Origin: Dehalococcoidia bacterium
Lineage (GTDB): Bacteria > Chloroflexota > Dehalococcoidia > DSTF01 > RBG-16-68-14
NCBI GenBank assembly: GCA_049642385.1
Contig: JBAROU010000056.1
Location: forward strand, 1 to 50,266
DNA length: 50,266 nt
Direction of reading: 5' to 3'
Numbering within the stretch: position 1 is the stretch's first letter; every line of letters begins with the position of its first letter. The notes under the pieces were generated by a model that did no database searches, was not told the DNA's origin, and saw nothing but the letters and a program-made list of their open reading frames with translations. The position numbers were made by a program, and so were the translations under genes. Shown piece after piece: positions 17,834 through 26,854 of this stretch.

Positions 17834-19389
17834 CGGTTGGTGGACGTTGTCCCCTGGCCCAGCGAGGGGTTCTCGCGGCTGAGTTTCAGCTTCATCGCCC
17901 CGAAGTAGCCCGGCCGGAAGCCGTTCACGGCGAAGCTGCTGCGCGCGGCGTCCGCCGTATAGTAGATATGCGCGCCCTCCGATTCGAACCGCTGGAAGGC
18001 ATCGTACTCCAGCAGCCATGCGTACGTGATCGTTGGCAGGCCATCGCGGTCCAGCAGGTCCGCGCGTCCCTTGTCGGAGAGCTGGCTGATCGCCTCGTGG
18101 TCATCCTCCAGGATGCCGACCTTGAGGTCGTCGTAATACAGCATGACGAGCTCCGGGTAGATGAAGCCTGTGATCACCACCGCCGGCCGTTGCAGCTTGC
18201 CGGGTTTCGTCGCCACATCGTGCAGTTCGTCCGCGAAGTCCCTCTGGTTGCGCAGCGTCTCGACATCGGAGAGCAACATGCCCTTGCCGATGCGCGCGCT
18301 TGTGAACGTCTCGGCAGTGATGCCGAACGTATCGTCGGGCGACGTGATGTCGACGAAGCCGGCGAGCACGATCACCGCTAACACTGCGGCGAGCATTCCC
18401 CGTGTCAGGTAGCGCGAGAGCAGGAAGAAGCCGAACGGGAAGAGCGGGATCAGGTACGCGATCTCGTGCGGCAGCTGCGTGTACGACAGCATGAAGACGA
18501 CGACGACGGCGACCCACGTCAGCACGTGCGGGTCGCGTATCATATCGCCTGGCAGGTGGCGAATGCGCTGCCACGAAAGACCCAGCGCTCCCAGCACCGC
18601 CAGCGCCCCGACGATGCCCAGGCCGTCCTTCCCGACGCGCTTGATCACCTCCGCCAGCGGCACGCTCTGGTCGTAGAAGTTGAGGAAGTCGAAGCCATAG
18701 CGCATCAGCACCGGCGTATACGCGACGAATGCCGTGGCCAGTGCCGTCACCGCGAACGGGCGGATGTCCTTGCGCTGGTCCGTGCGCCAGAGCAGTAGCC
18801 CGAACGGGACCAGCATCCCGAGCGATGCGATCCGGAAGCCCGTCGCAACGCCCAGCACGATGCCTGCCAGCTGTGGCTGTCGGTGCAGCAGCGCCAGGTA
18901 GGCGCCCATGATGAACGTCAGCGTCCACATGTAATCCATGGTCATCACGCTGTTGATCCAGAGCAGCGGCGCAAACGCGAACGCGATGGTGAGCGCGCCT
19001 CGGTTCTCCAGGTCGAGCTTCTTCGCCAGCGACGCGAACAGGTAGATCCCAACGAGCGAGATGAGCACGGTGCTCAGGTTCGTCGCGATCCAGCCGCCTT
19101 TGATGAAGAGCGCCGTCACGAACTCGTGCAGAGGATAGCCGGGCAGTCGCGACGGATAGTAGTCGCCATGATCCCAGAGGTAGCGCGCCGTCAGCGCCAC
19201 GCGCCACGCATCCGGGTCAGTGCCGTAGCCCATGTTCAGCCACGGAACCCGCGAGACGATGTAGACGACGGCCAGCGCCGCGAACGTCGCCGGCTTCGTG
19301 AACTCGAGATCGATCGCCTTGTCGATCAGGCCTCGGCTGCGCGCGAGGAGGCCGTTCGATTCGCGGGTGAGCGTTTCCGTCGCTTCCAT
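17830..19389 (-). CDS. polytopic membrane protein, GT-C-fold glycosyltransferase-like (last gene of the inositol-lipid operon)
   Basis: ~10 predicted TM helices, an acidic first loop (GYGTDPDAWR) and a ~150-aa C-terminal soluble domain. Its start lies 1 nt after the upstream stop. Its stop overlaps the convergent peptidase stop (CTAG). Family assignment is by architecture only. Confidence 0.6.
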   Translation of the reverse strand: MEATETLTRESNGLLARSRGLIDKAIDLEFTKPATFAALAVVYIVSRVPWLNMGYGTDPDAWRVALTARYLWDHGDYYPSRLPGYPLHEFVTALFIKGGWIATNLSTVLISLVGIYLFASLAKKLDLENRGALTIAFAFAPLLWINSVMTMDYMWTLTFIMGAYLALLHRQPQLAGIVLGVATGFRIASLGMLVPFGLLLWRTDQRKDIRPFAVTALATAFVAYTPVLMRYGFDFLNFYDQSVPLAEVIKRVGKDGLGIVGALAVLGALGLSWQRIRHLPGDMIRDPHVLTWVAVVVVFMLSYTQLPHEIAYLIPLFPFGFFLLSRYLTRGMLAAVLAVIVLAGFVDITSPDDTFGITAETFTSARIGKGMLLSDVETLRNQRDFADELHDVATKPGKLQRPAVVITGFIYPELVMLYYDDLKVGILEDDHEAISQLSDKGRADLLDRDGLPTITYAWLLEYDAFQRFESEGAHIYYTADAARSSFAVNGFRPGYFGAMKLKLSRENPSLGQGTTSTNR

Positions 19390-19390
19390 G

Positions 19391-20152
19391 CTAGCGGGGC
19401 AGCACCAGACCGCCGGACGGCGGCGCCCCGCCTCCGCTCGTAAGCTCCGACGTCGCGCCGCCCTGCGTCTCGCTGGCGGTCATGCCGTGGTCGGCGGCCT
19501 GCACCGCGAGCTCGGCCAGCGCCGCCTCGTCGATCGCGCCCGGTATCGCCGAGCGCTCATTGATCACGGTGAACGGCACCGCGCGCACGCCGAGCTGCTG
19601 CGCCAGCCGCGGGAACTCGTTGATCTCCACCGCTGCGGCGCGCACATGTGCGCTCGCCAGCGCCAGCCGGTAGGCCGCGCGCACGACGCCCGGGCAGTGG
19701 GGGCAGGTGGGCGTCACGTACACGACGATCGACGTTTTGTCGCGCAGCTTCTTGAGCTGCTTCGTCGCCCCTGGCCCCACCGTGACCTTTTGCTTCGATG
19801 CCTCGATCATCGTCTCGATGAAGTTCGGGAACTCGTTGCCGCCGGGAATGCCGAAGAAGCGGAGCGGCCGGTTCATCGGTCCGCGCAGGACGATGCCCGG
19901 CACCTTGTCGATGCCCAGCTTCGCTGCTTCTTCGGGCGTGTCGGCGAACTCGTGCACCGTGAGCGATACCTTGTCACTCAGCGACGCGATCTCTTCCAGC
20001 ATCTTGTGCACATCTTCGCAGTGGACGCATTCCTCGCGGCCGGGTACGTAGAGCTTGGAGGCGCGTTGGGTGAAGTAATCGAGCTTCACCTTGCCCTCCA
20101 GCTCCTTGCCGAAGCGTTCGCGGACGTAGTCCTGCTCGCGCAGGGGGATCAC
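19391..20152 (-). CDS. two-domain thioredoxin-fold protein disulfide oxidoreductase (glutaredoxin-like, PDO type)
   Basis: Only the C-terminal 253 codons of track ORF 19391..21091 are credible. The GTG at 20152 overlaps the upstream stop (GTGA). Two CxxC sites (CVHC and CPHC) sit in consecutive Trx-like units. Confidence 0.8.
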   Translation of the reverse strand: MIPLREQDYVRERFGKELEGKVKLDYFTQRASKLYVPGREECVHCEDVHKMLEEIASLSDKVSLTVHEFADTPEEAAKLGIDKVPGIVLRGPMNRPLRFFGIPGGNEFPNFIETMIEASKQKVTVGPGATKQLKKLRDKTSIVVYVTPTCPHCPGVVRAAYRLALASAHVRAAAVEINEFPRLAQQLGVRAVPFTVINERSAIPGAIDEAALAELAVQAADHGMTASETQGGATSELTSGGGAPPSGGLVLPR

Positions 20153-20775
20153 GTGCGGTCCTCCTGACCGGCGGTCGCCGGCTCTGCGTTGAAACGGTGC
20201 CAGACGACGTAGAGCCGCTGGAGCGCCGTCGCGTTGGCCATCACGGCCAGAATCCAGAGCGCGATCCGCACCTGACCTATGATAAGCCCGCCGCCCATAA
20301 GAAGCACCCTCTCGGCGCGTGTGAATAGCCCGTCGCGCAACTCCATGCCGTTCGCCTGGGCCCGCGCCCGCACGTAGCTCACCATGATCGAGCCGACCAG
20401 TGCCGCGAAGCAGAGCCCGATCTCCTCGCGCTCGCCGCGCCCGGAGTAGTAAAAGACCAAGCCGCCCAGCACCGCCGCCTCGGAAAGCCGATCCAGCACC
20501 GAGTCGAACACCGCGCCGAACGGCGTCGCTCGGCCCGTCGCCCGCGCCAGTGCGCCATCGAGCAGGTCGACGGCGCTGAACGCCAGCATGAGGATGCCGG
20601 CGATCAGGAACTCGCCGCGCGCGGCCAGCACGCCGGCGCTCACGTTGCCCGCGAAGCCGAGCGCGCTCAAATGATTCGGCGTCGCGCCCGTGCGCGCGAT
20701 TACCGAGACGATCGGATCGGTGATGCGGCGCGGGACCGAGTGCGGCAGCAGCGTGAACGAACGCGGGCGCACCAC
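20149..20775 (-). CDS. CDP-alcohol phosphatidyltransferase, phosphatidylinositol-phosphate synthase-like
   Basis: Signature D-x2-DG-x2-AR-x8-G-x3-D-x3-D read as DLLDGALARATGRATPFGAVFDSVLDRLSE. ~6 TM helices. The context with ino1 and pimA-like genes suggests PIP synthase. Confidence 0.85.
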   Translation of the reverse strand: MVRPRSFTLLPHSVPRRITDPIVSVIARTGATPNHLSALGFAGNVSAGVLAARGEFLIAGILMLAFSAVDLLDGALARATGRATPFGAVFDSVLDRLSEAAVLGGLVFYYSGRGEREEIGLCFAALVGSIMVSYVRARAQANGMELRDGLFTRAERVLLMGGGLIIGQVRIALWILAVMANATALQRLYVVWHRFNAEPATAGQEDRT

Positions 20776-21929
20776 TACGCCCCTGTCGCTCGCACCGGCT
20801 GCGAACGCCCGTCCGGCTGTTGCCGCTCATGCAGCAACCGTTCGTAGTAAGACAACACCTGTTGCGACACGCGCAGCCAGCTGAACTCCTGCGCGCGTTG
20901 GTGGCCGCGCTCGCCCATCGTCCGGCGCAGGTCCGCGTCGCCCAGCAGCACCAGTAGCGCTTCGGCGATGCCCTTGGCGTCGCCCGGCAGCGCGAACAGC
21001 CCTTCGACGCTGTGCGTGAACACGCTCGCGTATCCGTCGATGTTGCTCGCGACGATGGGCAGCCCGGCCGCCATCGCTTCCAGCAGAACAATGCCCTGGC
21101 TCTCGAAGCCCGTCGCTGGTGCGCAGAAGACGTCCGCTGTGTGGTGGTAGCGTGGCAGCTCCTCGGCCGACACGTAGCTGACGAAGGCGACGTCGGGCAG
21201 GCCCATCGACCGCACCTTCCGCTTCTGCGGTTCGAACGTACCCGCGCCGACGACGATCAGCCTCGTGTTCGGCTGGCGCTGTTTGACGATGGCAAACGCC
21301 TTGATCAGGTAATCCAGGCCCTTTCGCTTCTCCGGCCGCCCGACGAACAGGATGTTCAACATCTTGTCGCTGAATTCAGGGATCGGCGCGGCCTTCGCCG
21401 CGAAGCGCTCGACGTCTACGCCGTTCGGGATGATGTTGTAGTAACCGGGGAAGTACTCCTCCACGAAGCGCGCCGCCGAGGGCGAGACGGCGATCTTACC
21501 GTCGAGCCGCCGGCCCCAGCGACGGATATGGCGCTTGCCCCACGTGTAGAAGAACTGCTTCTTGTCGCGCGTTGCGTGATACGTGCCGACATTCACCGCC
21601 TCCGAGTAGCGCAGGAAGTGGATCGGCAGCACCGGCATGAACGGTTCGTGCACGTGCACCACGTCGAACTGCTCCTCGGCCAGCACGCGGCGCACCGCCG
21701 GTCCCAGCGTGAGCGAGAGCGAGATGCGCGCCAGCGATCCGCTCGCCGGTACACTCACCGGTCGCTTGCCGATGGTCACCACGCCTTCCTCGTCGACCGC
21801 GCGCGAGGACGGCGCCATAATCTGCACCAGGTGCCCCCGCTGGACGAACTGCTCGCGTAGGTGGGCGCAGTGGCTGTTCACGCCGCCGGGCACCGTCCAG
21901 TCGTACGGCGAAACGAGCGCAATCTTCAC
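20775..21929 (-). CDS. pimA: GT4 glycosyltransferase, PimA-like phosphatidylinositol alpha-mannosyltransferase
   Basis: MKIALVSPYDWTVPGGVNSHCAHLREQF...VHVHEP... and ESQGIVLLEAMAAGLPIVAS (E-x7-E region). Colinear by eye with mycobacterial PimA (MRIGMVCPYSFDVPGGVQSH...). Confidence 0.8.
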   Translation of the reverse strand: MKIALVSPYDWTVPGGVNSHCAHLREQFVQRGHLVQIMAPSSRAVDEEGVVTIGKRPVSVPASGSLARISLSLTLGPAVRRVLAEEQFDVVHVHEPFMPVLPIHFLRYSEAVNVGTYHATRDKKQFFYTWGKRHIRRWGRRLDGKIAVSPSAARFVEEYFPGYYNIIPNGVDVERFAAKAAPIPEFSDKMLNILFVGRPEKRKGLDYLIKAFAIVKQRQPNTRLIVVGAGTFEPQKRKVRSMGLPDVAFVSYVSAEELPRYHHTADVFCAPATGFESQGIVLLEAMAAGLPIVASNIDGYASVFTHSVEGLFALPGDAKGIAEALLVLLGDADLRRTMGERGHQRAQEFSWLRVSQQVLSYYERLLHERQQPDGRSQPVRATGA

Positions 21930-22663
21930 GGACGCACCCGCTGGATGAAGCTACGGATCGTTGGTACCCAGCCCATCTTGCGCGGCGTCGCCATCAGGCC
22001 GCGCCACTGTTGCCGGACCACCTGCACCGGCCCCAGCTCGGTCAACGTTGGGTAACGCCCGTTGCCCACGCCCGTCGTCCGCGACTCGATGGCGTGGCGC
22101 AGCTCAGCCTCGCTTTTGCCCTCGAACGTGGTGTAGGCGCAGCCGACCGCCTGCAGAAAGTGGGCGTCGCTGCCGCCCACTTCGGCGAAGTGGTAGCGCT
22201 CGCGGTTCAGTCGCCGCGCCGTCTCCTGGCCGATGCGCGGCTTCCCACGCGCCAGCTCGATGCCGTCGAACGTGGCGCCATCGCGCATGACGCGGTCGAT
22301 CGTGCGCTGGGTGATGCTGCGTGTGAGCCAGCACATCGGGTGTGGGATCAGGCACAGACCACCCTGCCGGTGCACCGCTTCCAGCGTGGGCATCAGCGGC
22401 TCCAGGCTCGGTACTGGTTCTTCGATGTACAGCGCCAGCAGGTGCCCCTCCAGCGCGGTCACTTCTTCACCCACGATGAGCTCGAAGCGATAGCCCGCGC
22501 GCGCCCACGCCTCGCGCGCGGCGAGCGCCGGCCGCAGATCGTCGTGCTCCGTGATCGCGATGACCGAGAGATCGGTGTGTTCCTCAACGTAGCCAAGCAG
22601 CTCAGGGATCTCCGCCATCCCGTCTCCGAGCGCCGTGTGGATGTGTAAATCGGCTTTGCCCAC
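21926..22663 (-). CDS. PHP-domain metal-dependent phosphoesterase
   Basis: MGKADLHIHTALGDGM...IAITEHDD...IPHP...GGSDAH, the His/Asp ligand pattern of the PHP family. GTG start. Its stop overlaps the pimA-like start (GTGA). Confidence 0.8.
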   Translation of the reverse strand: MGKADLHIHTALGDGMAEIPELLGYVEEHTDLSVIAITEHDDLRPALAAREAWARAGYRFELIVGEEVTALEGHLLALYIEEPVPSLEPLMPTLEAVHRQGGLCLIPHPMCWLTRSITQRTIDRVMRDGATFDGIELARGKPRIGQETARRLNRERYHFAEVGGSDAHFLQAVGCAYTTFEGKSEAELRHAIESRTTGVGNGRYPTLTELGPVQVVRQQWRGLMATPRKMGWVPTIRSFIQRVRP

Positions 22664-22675
22664 GCGCGTTCGCCG

Positions 22676-25003
22676 CTATTGTATCGCACCAGGAGAGTCT
22701 GCTGGCTCGCCGTCCAGCGTCTCGTCGTAGGGCCTGAGCCACAGGATACGGTAGGTCGCCACGTACACGTCGCGGCCGGGGAACGCCGCGATGATCTCGT
22801 CGCGCAGCTCCGGTACGTTGCGCGCGAAGACGACGTCGCCATCCAGCGTCGGCGAGTTGAGCCAGAAGACGCTCCCATAGCAGGACCACTTCTCGCCCAG
22901 CCCGCAGTCCTCGACGAGGACGAGCGCGTTGTGCAGGTCGGCGTCGTGCGTCAGCGCGACCAGGCGGTTGTCCACGCCGAACAGCCCGTGGAGGTCCTGC
23001 GCCCGCGCGGGCGTGAAGGGCACGTTCCAGTTCGCCTGATGGCCCAGCAGCCACCCGTACAGACTGCCGCCCACCAGAGCGAGCACCAGCGCGTACGTGA
23101 CCAGCAGGCCCGCCCACAGCGGCGGGCCGCGCTCGTCGCGCAGCGTCATGCGGCGCAGCCACGCCGCCCCGCCTGCGATCAGCTCTGCCGCGCGGTCCGC
23201 GCCGCGAGCGGTGAGCAGGATCAGGAACGGCGTCGCTTCGTACCAGTAACGCGGGCCGTGCATCACGCCTTCGCCCCACCAGAACGTCGGTGCCGCCATC
23301 ACGAAGACGGCGCAGGTGCCCAGGAACCAGTCGTACCGGTTGCGCGTGAGCGATACGAACGGGATCGCCACGAACAGCCAGCCGATGTACTGTGGCCAGC
23401 CGTTCAGCACTAGCAGCAGCAACTTCAGCTGCGTCTCCTCGTTTTGCAGGCCGTTCGCCACGCTGTGCCGGCCGCCGAAGCCAATCGATTCGTCGGCTGC
23501 CGTGCCGCCATACCCGCTCGAGAACGCATGGCCGGTCGTGCCATAGTTGTAGAGCCAGTAGGCCAGGAGCATCACCAGTCCGCCCGCCACGAACGCCCCA
23601 AGTTGCTGCGCCCGTTCTAGGCGTCGCTCCTGGGGTATCAGGCCGCTGAGCAGGTACGCGCCGAACGGAGGCATCAGCGCGACGGCCGTGAGCGGTCGGG
23701 TGTTGAACAGCAGCCCGAAGAAGAGCCCCGCGAGCAGCCCGTACAGCACCGGCCGCCGATCGACGAAGGCGAGGAACACGAGCGAAACGAGCAAGTAGAA
23801 CGCGGCCGTGCTATGCGACATAAAGTTCGTCGTCGTCATCAGGAAGAACGGCGATGTGGCCAGCAGCAGCGCCGCCAGCAGGGCGACGCGGACGCTATAC
23901 AGTCGCCGCGCGACAGCGAAGATCAGCACCACGCTTGCCGCGCCGACGAGCGGTGGAATCAGCCACACTGCGCCAAGCTTGACGCCGATCGCAAGCAGCA
24001 ACGGATGGCCGAACGGATAGATGCTTGCCCACTTGCCGTCGTTGACCGTGATGAAGTTCTGGGCGAAGAACTGGAACGTGCTGGGCACCTGCGGTGGTGG
24101 TGCCGAGAAATGCCCGGACGCCAACAGCTTCGCCTGGAAGATGTACGCGTCGCCGTCAGGCACATGCGGCATCCGCGTGACGTACGAAAACATGATGAAC
24201 ATCGCGATGCCGAACGCGCCGGCAGCCAGCGCGGCAATGCCCGCCAACGATAGATGGCGCGGCAGTCGCCCCCGCACACGCGCGGGCAGCTCGGGCGGGC
24301 GGACGAACGCCAGCCCGGCGACGACGATCGTTCCCGCCGCCAGCAGCAGCAGCATGATCGGGTAGGTGTGGAGCGCCATGCCGAGCAGCGCGCGCATCGA
24401 CTCACGTTTCGACAGCTCTACCTTGCCGCCTTCGAGGGCCGTGTCTTGCGTGATGAAGCTCTGACTGGGGTGCCGGAAGTGGTAGGCGACGCCTGCCCCG
24501 CGCTCTTCCGCGCGCACAGCGACGATTGCGCCCACGATGTTCCGGTACCGCACGTCGACCGCGTAGTCCCGCCACGAGGCGTCGCTGAGTGCGATCACCC
24601 CCGCCCCGCCGAGGACGCCGTGGTCGATGCTGAACGTGCCGTCGAGCACCTGCCACGCAGGCCCGGGCCCGGACGAGAAGTCGTCTTCGAAGAGCAGCTC
24701 GCCCGTGGTCAGGTTCGTCACGCGCACGCTGTCGATGCCGCGGGGCGTGGGCAGGCTGGGGATGTTGTCGGTGTCCTCCAGCGTGAGGATCACCCCGCCG
24801 CCGTCCGGCGCATCGAACGTTCCGCGTAGCGCGCGCACGCCATCGACGTACGCGGTGAAGTCGTCGCCGCGCGCTTCTATGCGCACATCAATTGACTGAC
24901 CGCCTCGGCTCCAGAAGTATGCCAGGATCAGCAGGAGATTGAGGACGAGGAGCGTAACGAGGAACGCCCCGACGCGTCGAGGGGGCAGGCGAACGTGGCT
25001 CAC
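22676..25003 (-). CDS. large membrane protein: N-terminal TM plus extracytoplasmic beta-sandwich-like region fused to a GT-C (ArnT/PMT-like) glycosyltransferase core
   Basis: 775 aa. After ~200 extracytoplasmic residues come >=12 TM helices with an acidic first-loop motif (HVPDGDAYIF), typical of polyprenyl-phosphate-sugar-dependent GT-C enzymes. Confidence 0.65.
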   Translation of the reverse strand: MSHVRLPPRRVGAFLVTLLVLNLLLILAYFWSRGGQSIDVRIEARGDDFTAYVDGVRALRGTFDAPDGGGVILTLEDTDNIPSLPTPRGIDSVRVTNLTTGELLFEDDFSSGPGPAWQVLDGTFSIDHGVLGGAGVIALSDASWRDYAVDVRYRNIVGAIVAVRAEERGAGVAYHFRHPSQSFITQDTALEGGKVELSKRESMRALLGMALHTYPIMLLLLAAGTIVVAGLAFVRPPELPARVRGRLPRHLSLAGIAALAAGAFGIAMFIMFSYVTRMPHVPDGDAYIFQAKLLASGHFSAPPPQVPSTFQFFAQNFITVNDGKWASIYPFGHPLLLAIGVKLGAVWLIPPLVGAASVVLIFAVARRLYSVRVALLAALLLATSPFFLMTTTNFMSHSTAAFYLLVSLVFLAFVDRRPVLYGLLAGLFFGLLFNTRPLTAVALMPPFGAYLLSGLIPQERRLERAQQLGAFVAGGLVMLLAYWLYNYGTTGHAFSSGYGGTAADESIGFGGRHSVANGLQNEETQLKLLLLVLNGWPQYIGWLFVAIPFVSLTRNRYDWFLGTCAVFVMAAPTFWWGEGVMHGPRYWYEATPFLILLTARGADRAAELIAGGAAWLRRMTLRDERGPPLWAGLLVTYALVLALVGGSLYGWLLGHQANWNVPFTPARAQDLHGLFGVDNRLVALTHDADLHNALVLVEDCGLGEKWSCYGSVFWLNSPTLDGDVVFARNVPELRDEIIAAFPGRDVYVATYRILWLRPYDETLDGEPADSPGAIQ

Positions 25004-25027
25004 GCCAATTTGACGCCTTGCTTGCCG

Positions 25028-25945
25028 CTACCGCAGCGCACTGGGGGCGGCCGCAGTCTCTTCGTCATCGCGCTGCCAGATCGCTTCCAGCACTGCCCAC
25101 TGGCCCGGGTCGGCGCGCAGGTGCCCTTCGAACAGGGCGAGTAGCCGTCGCGCGTTCACGAGCACGTCGTTCTCGAAGTCGCCTGTCCGCACCAGGTCGA
25201 GCGGCGGCCCGATCCGCGCCCGAAATCGATAGCCGTCGATGCGCCAGGCCCACGTCGGTAGTAGGTCCGCGCCGGTGCGCAGCGCCAGCTCGATTGCGCC
25301 CAGAGGGATACGCGCATCGGCGCCGCAGAACTGCATCGGCACGCCGGAGCCGCTCACATCGCGGTCGAGCAATATCGCGACGATGCCGCCATTCCGCAAG
25401 CGCCGGATCGCCTCCTTCACCGCGCCGAAGCTGACCGTCCGAAACTCATGGCCGTGCTCCGATCGCAGCCAGTGGGTGAAGTCAGAGAGCGCCTGCGGCT
25501 GGAGTGGCTCCGTGAGGGCGTAGACATAAATGCCCTCCGCCGCCAGGCCCTGCGCCGCCATCTCCGGGTTGCCGAAGTGCGCGCTCACGATGATCGCGCC
25601 TCGTCCGGCGTCTCGCGCCGCTTGGAGATACGCCACGCCCTCAAGATCGATCTTCTCACGCCGGAAGCGCTGGAGGTCCATGCGGGGGAGGTGGACCAGG
25701 TCGGCGTAGTAGCGCGTGGCGTTCCGGAAGACCTCCCGAGCCGCCCGGCGTACCTCCTGCTCCGATGCCTCCGGCCCCATCACCTGACGCATATTCGCGA
25801 TGACGGCCTCGTGGGCGTTCCGGCGGAAGAGGTACGCGCCGTCGCCCACCACATGCGCGATGCCGTACAGCGCGCGCAGCGGCAGCCTGCCCAGCACAAT
25901 GTACGCCAGGCGCAGCACGTAGTACTTCCACATTTTGTTTCTCAT
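25028..25945 (-). CDS. lipid A biosynthesis (LpxL/HtrB)-family acyltransferase, PatA-like, copy 1
   Basis: Trimmed to MRNKMWKYYVLRL (GGAGG upstream). Its ATG overlaps the upstream stop (ATGA). Active-site-type HFGNPE motif. Confidence 0.8.
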   Translation of the reverse strand: MRNKMWKYYVLRLAYIVLGRLPLRALYGIAHVVGDGAYLFRRNAHEAVIANMRQVMGPEASEQEVRRAAREVFRNATRYYADLVHLPRMDLQRFRREKIDLEGVAYLQAARDAGRGAIIVSAHFGNPEMAAQGLAAEGIYVYALTEPLQPQALSDFTHWLRSEHGHEFRTVSFGAVKEAIRRLRNGGIVAILLDRDVSGSGVPMQFCGADARIPLGAIELALRTGADLLPTWAWRIDGYRFRARIGPPLDLVRTGDFENDVLVNARRLLALFEGHLRADPGQWAVLEAIWQRDDEETAAAPSALR

Positions 25946-26850
25946 CGCGCCTCCGCGACGGCCGGCTGCTGCGTCCGATCGGCCGCGTTTGGCCACATCG
26001 GTCGGAAGATGTACCACTGCTCCGGGTGTCGTCGCACATGCTCCTCGAACACGAGCAAGATCTGGCGTGTGAGCGCCAGCACGTCGCGCTCCTCATCGCC
26101 CGTCCGCTCGTATCGCACCGAACGAATGTCGACGATAGGCCGGATCAGCGTATCTCGCTCGGGCCCGCGCAGCACCACCGCCGGCATCACGTGCGCTCCG
26201 GTGCGCAACGCGATGCGTGCCGGAGCGGATGATACCGCTGCTGGCGCGCCCAGGAACTCGACCATGATCGTCTCTTGCGGCGCCGGCACATCGACGAGCA
26301 TCGCCACCATTTCGCCCCGCTTGAGCGCCCGAAAGAGGCTCAGCCCAACCTTTTCCCGCGGGATCACGTGTATGCCCAGCTTCTCCCGCGAGCCGTGGAC
26401 CAGCCCATTCATTGGCTCGTAGCCGAACGAATCGGCGACGGCGTTGATCGGATAATCATACGCCGCCAGCACGGCCCCGCCCAGGTCCCAGATACCGAAG
26501 TGCATCGTCACGATAACGACGCCCTTGCCGGCATCCCGAACCTCGTCCAAGTCGGTCCATTGCGTAAAGACCAAGCGCTTGCGCACCTCGTCTCGGGTCA
26601 TCACAGGGAAGTGGATGAAATCGATGACGAACTTGCCGAAGTTGCGGAACGCGCGCCGCGCCATGGCGTCCACCTCGCGCCGGTCGTTGCTGCCCAGCAC
26701 CCAGGCGAGGTTCCTGTTCAGCGCCTTACGCTGACGATGGAAGAAGTGATAGCAGACCTCCGCCACCGCCGCAGCGACTCGATAGCCGAGCCACAGGGGT
26801 AGGGGCCTGGTGAGCAGGATCGTCAGCCGGAAGAGCCAGTAGACGACCAC
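25942..26850 (-). CDS. lipid A biosynthesis (LpxL/HtrB)-family acyltransferase, PatA-like, copy 2
   Basis: MVVYWLFRLTILLTRPLP..., HFGIWDL motif. The start lies 4 nt after the ino1 stop. Confidence 0.8.
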   Translation of the reverse strand: MVVYWLFRLTILLTRPLPLWLGYRVAAAVAEVCYHFFHRQRKALNRNLAWVLGSNDRREVDAMARRAFRNFGKFVIDFIHFPVMTRDEVRKRLVFTQWTDLDEVRDAGKGVVIVTMHFGIWDLGGAVLAAYDYPINAVADSFGYEPMNGLVHGSREKLGIHVIPREKVGLSLFRALKRGEMVAMLVDVPAPQETIMVEFLGAPAAVSSAPARIALRTGAHVMPAVVLRGPERDTLIRPIVDIRSVRYERTGDEERDVLALTRQILLVFEEHVRRHPEQWYIFRPMWPNAADRTQQPAVAEAR

Positions 26851-26854
26851 ACGC

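Noticed and set aside
19391-21091. 566-aa composite ORF spanning the thioredoxin-fold gene, the CDP-alcohol transferase and part of the GT4 gene.
   Set aside because: Only the last 253 codons (from GTG 20152) look like a protein. The upstream part is an out-of-frame read-through across two genes that have their own clear frames and start/stop overlaps.
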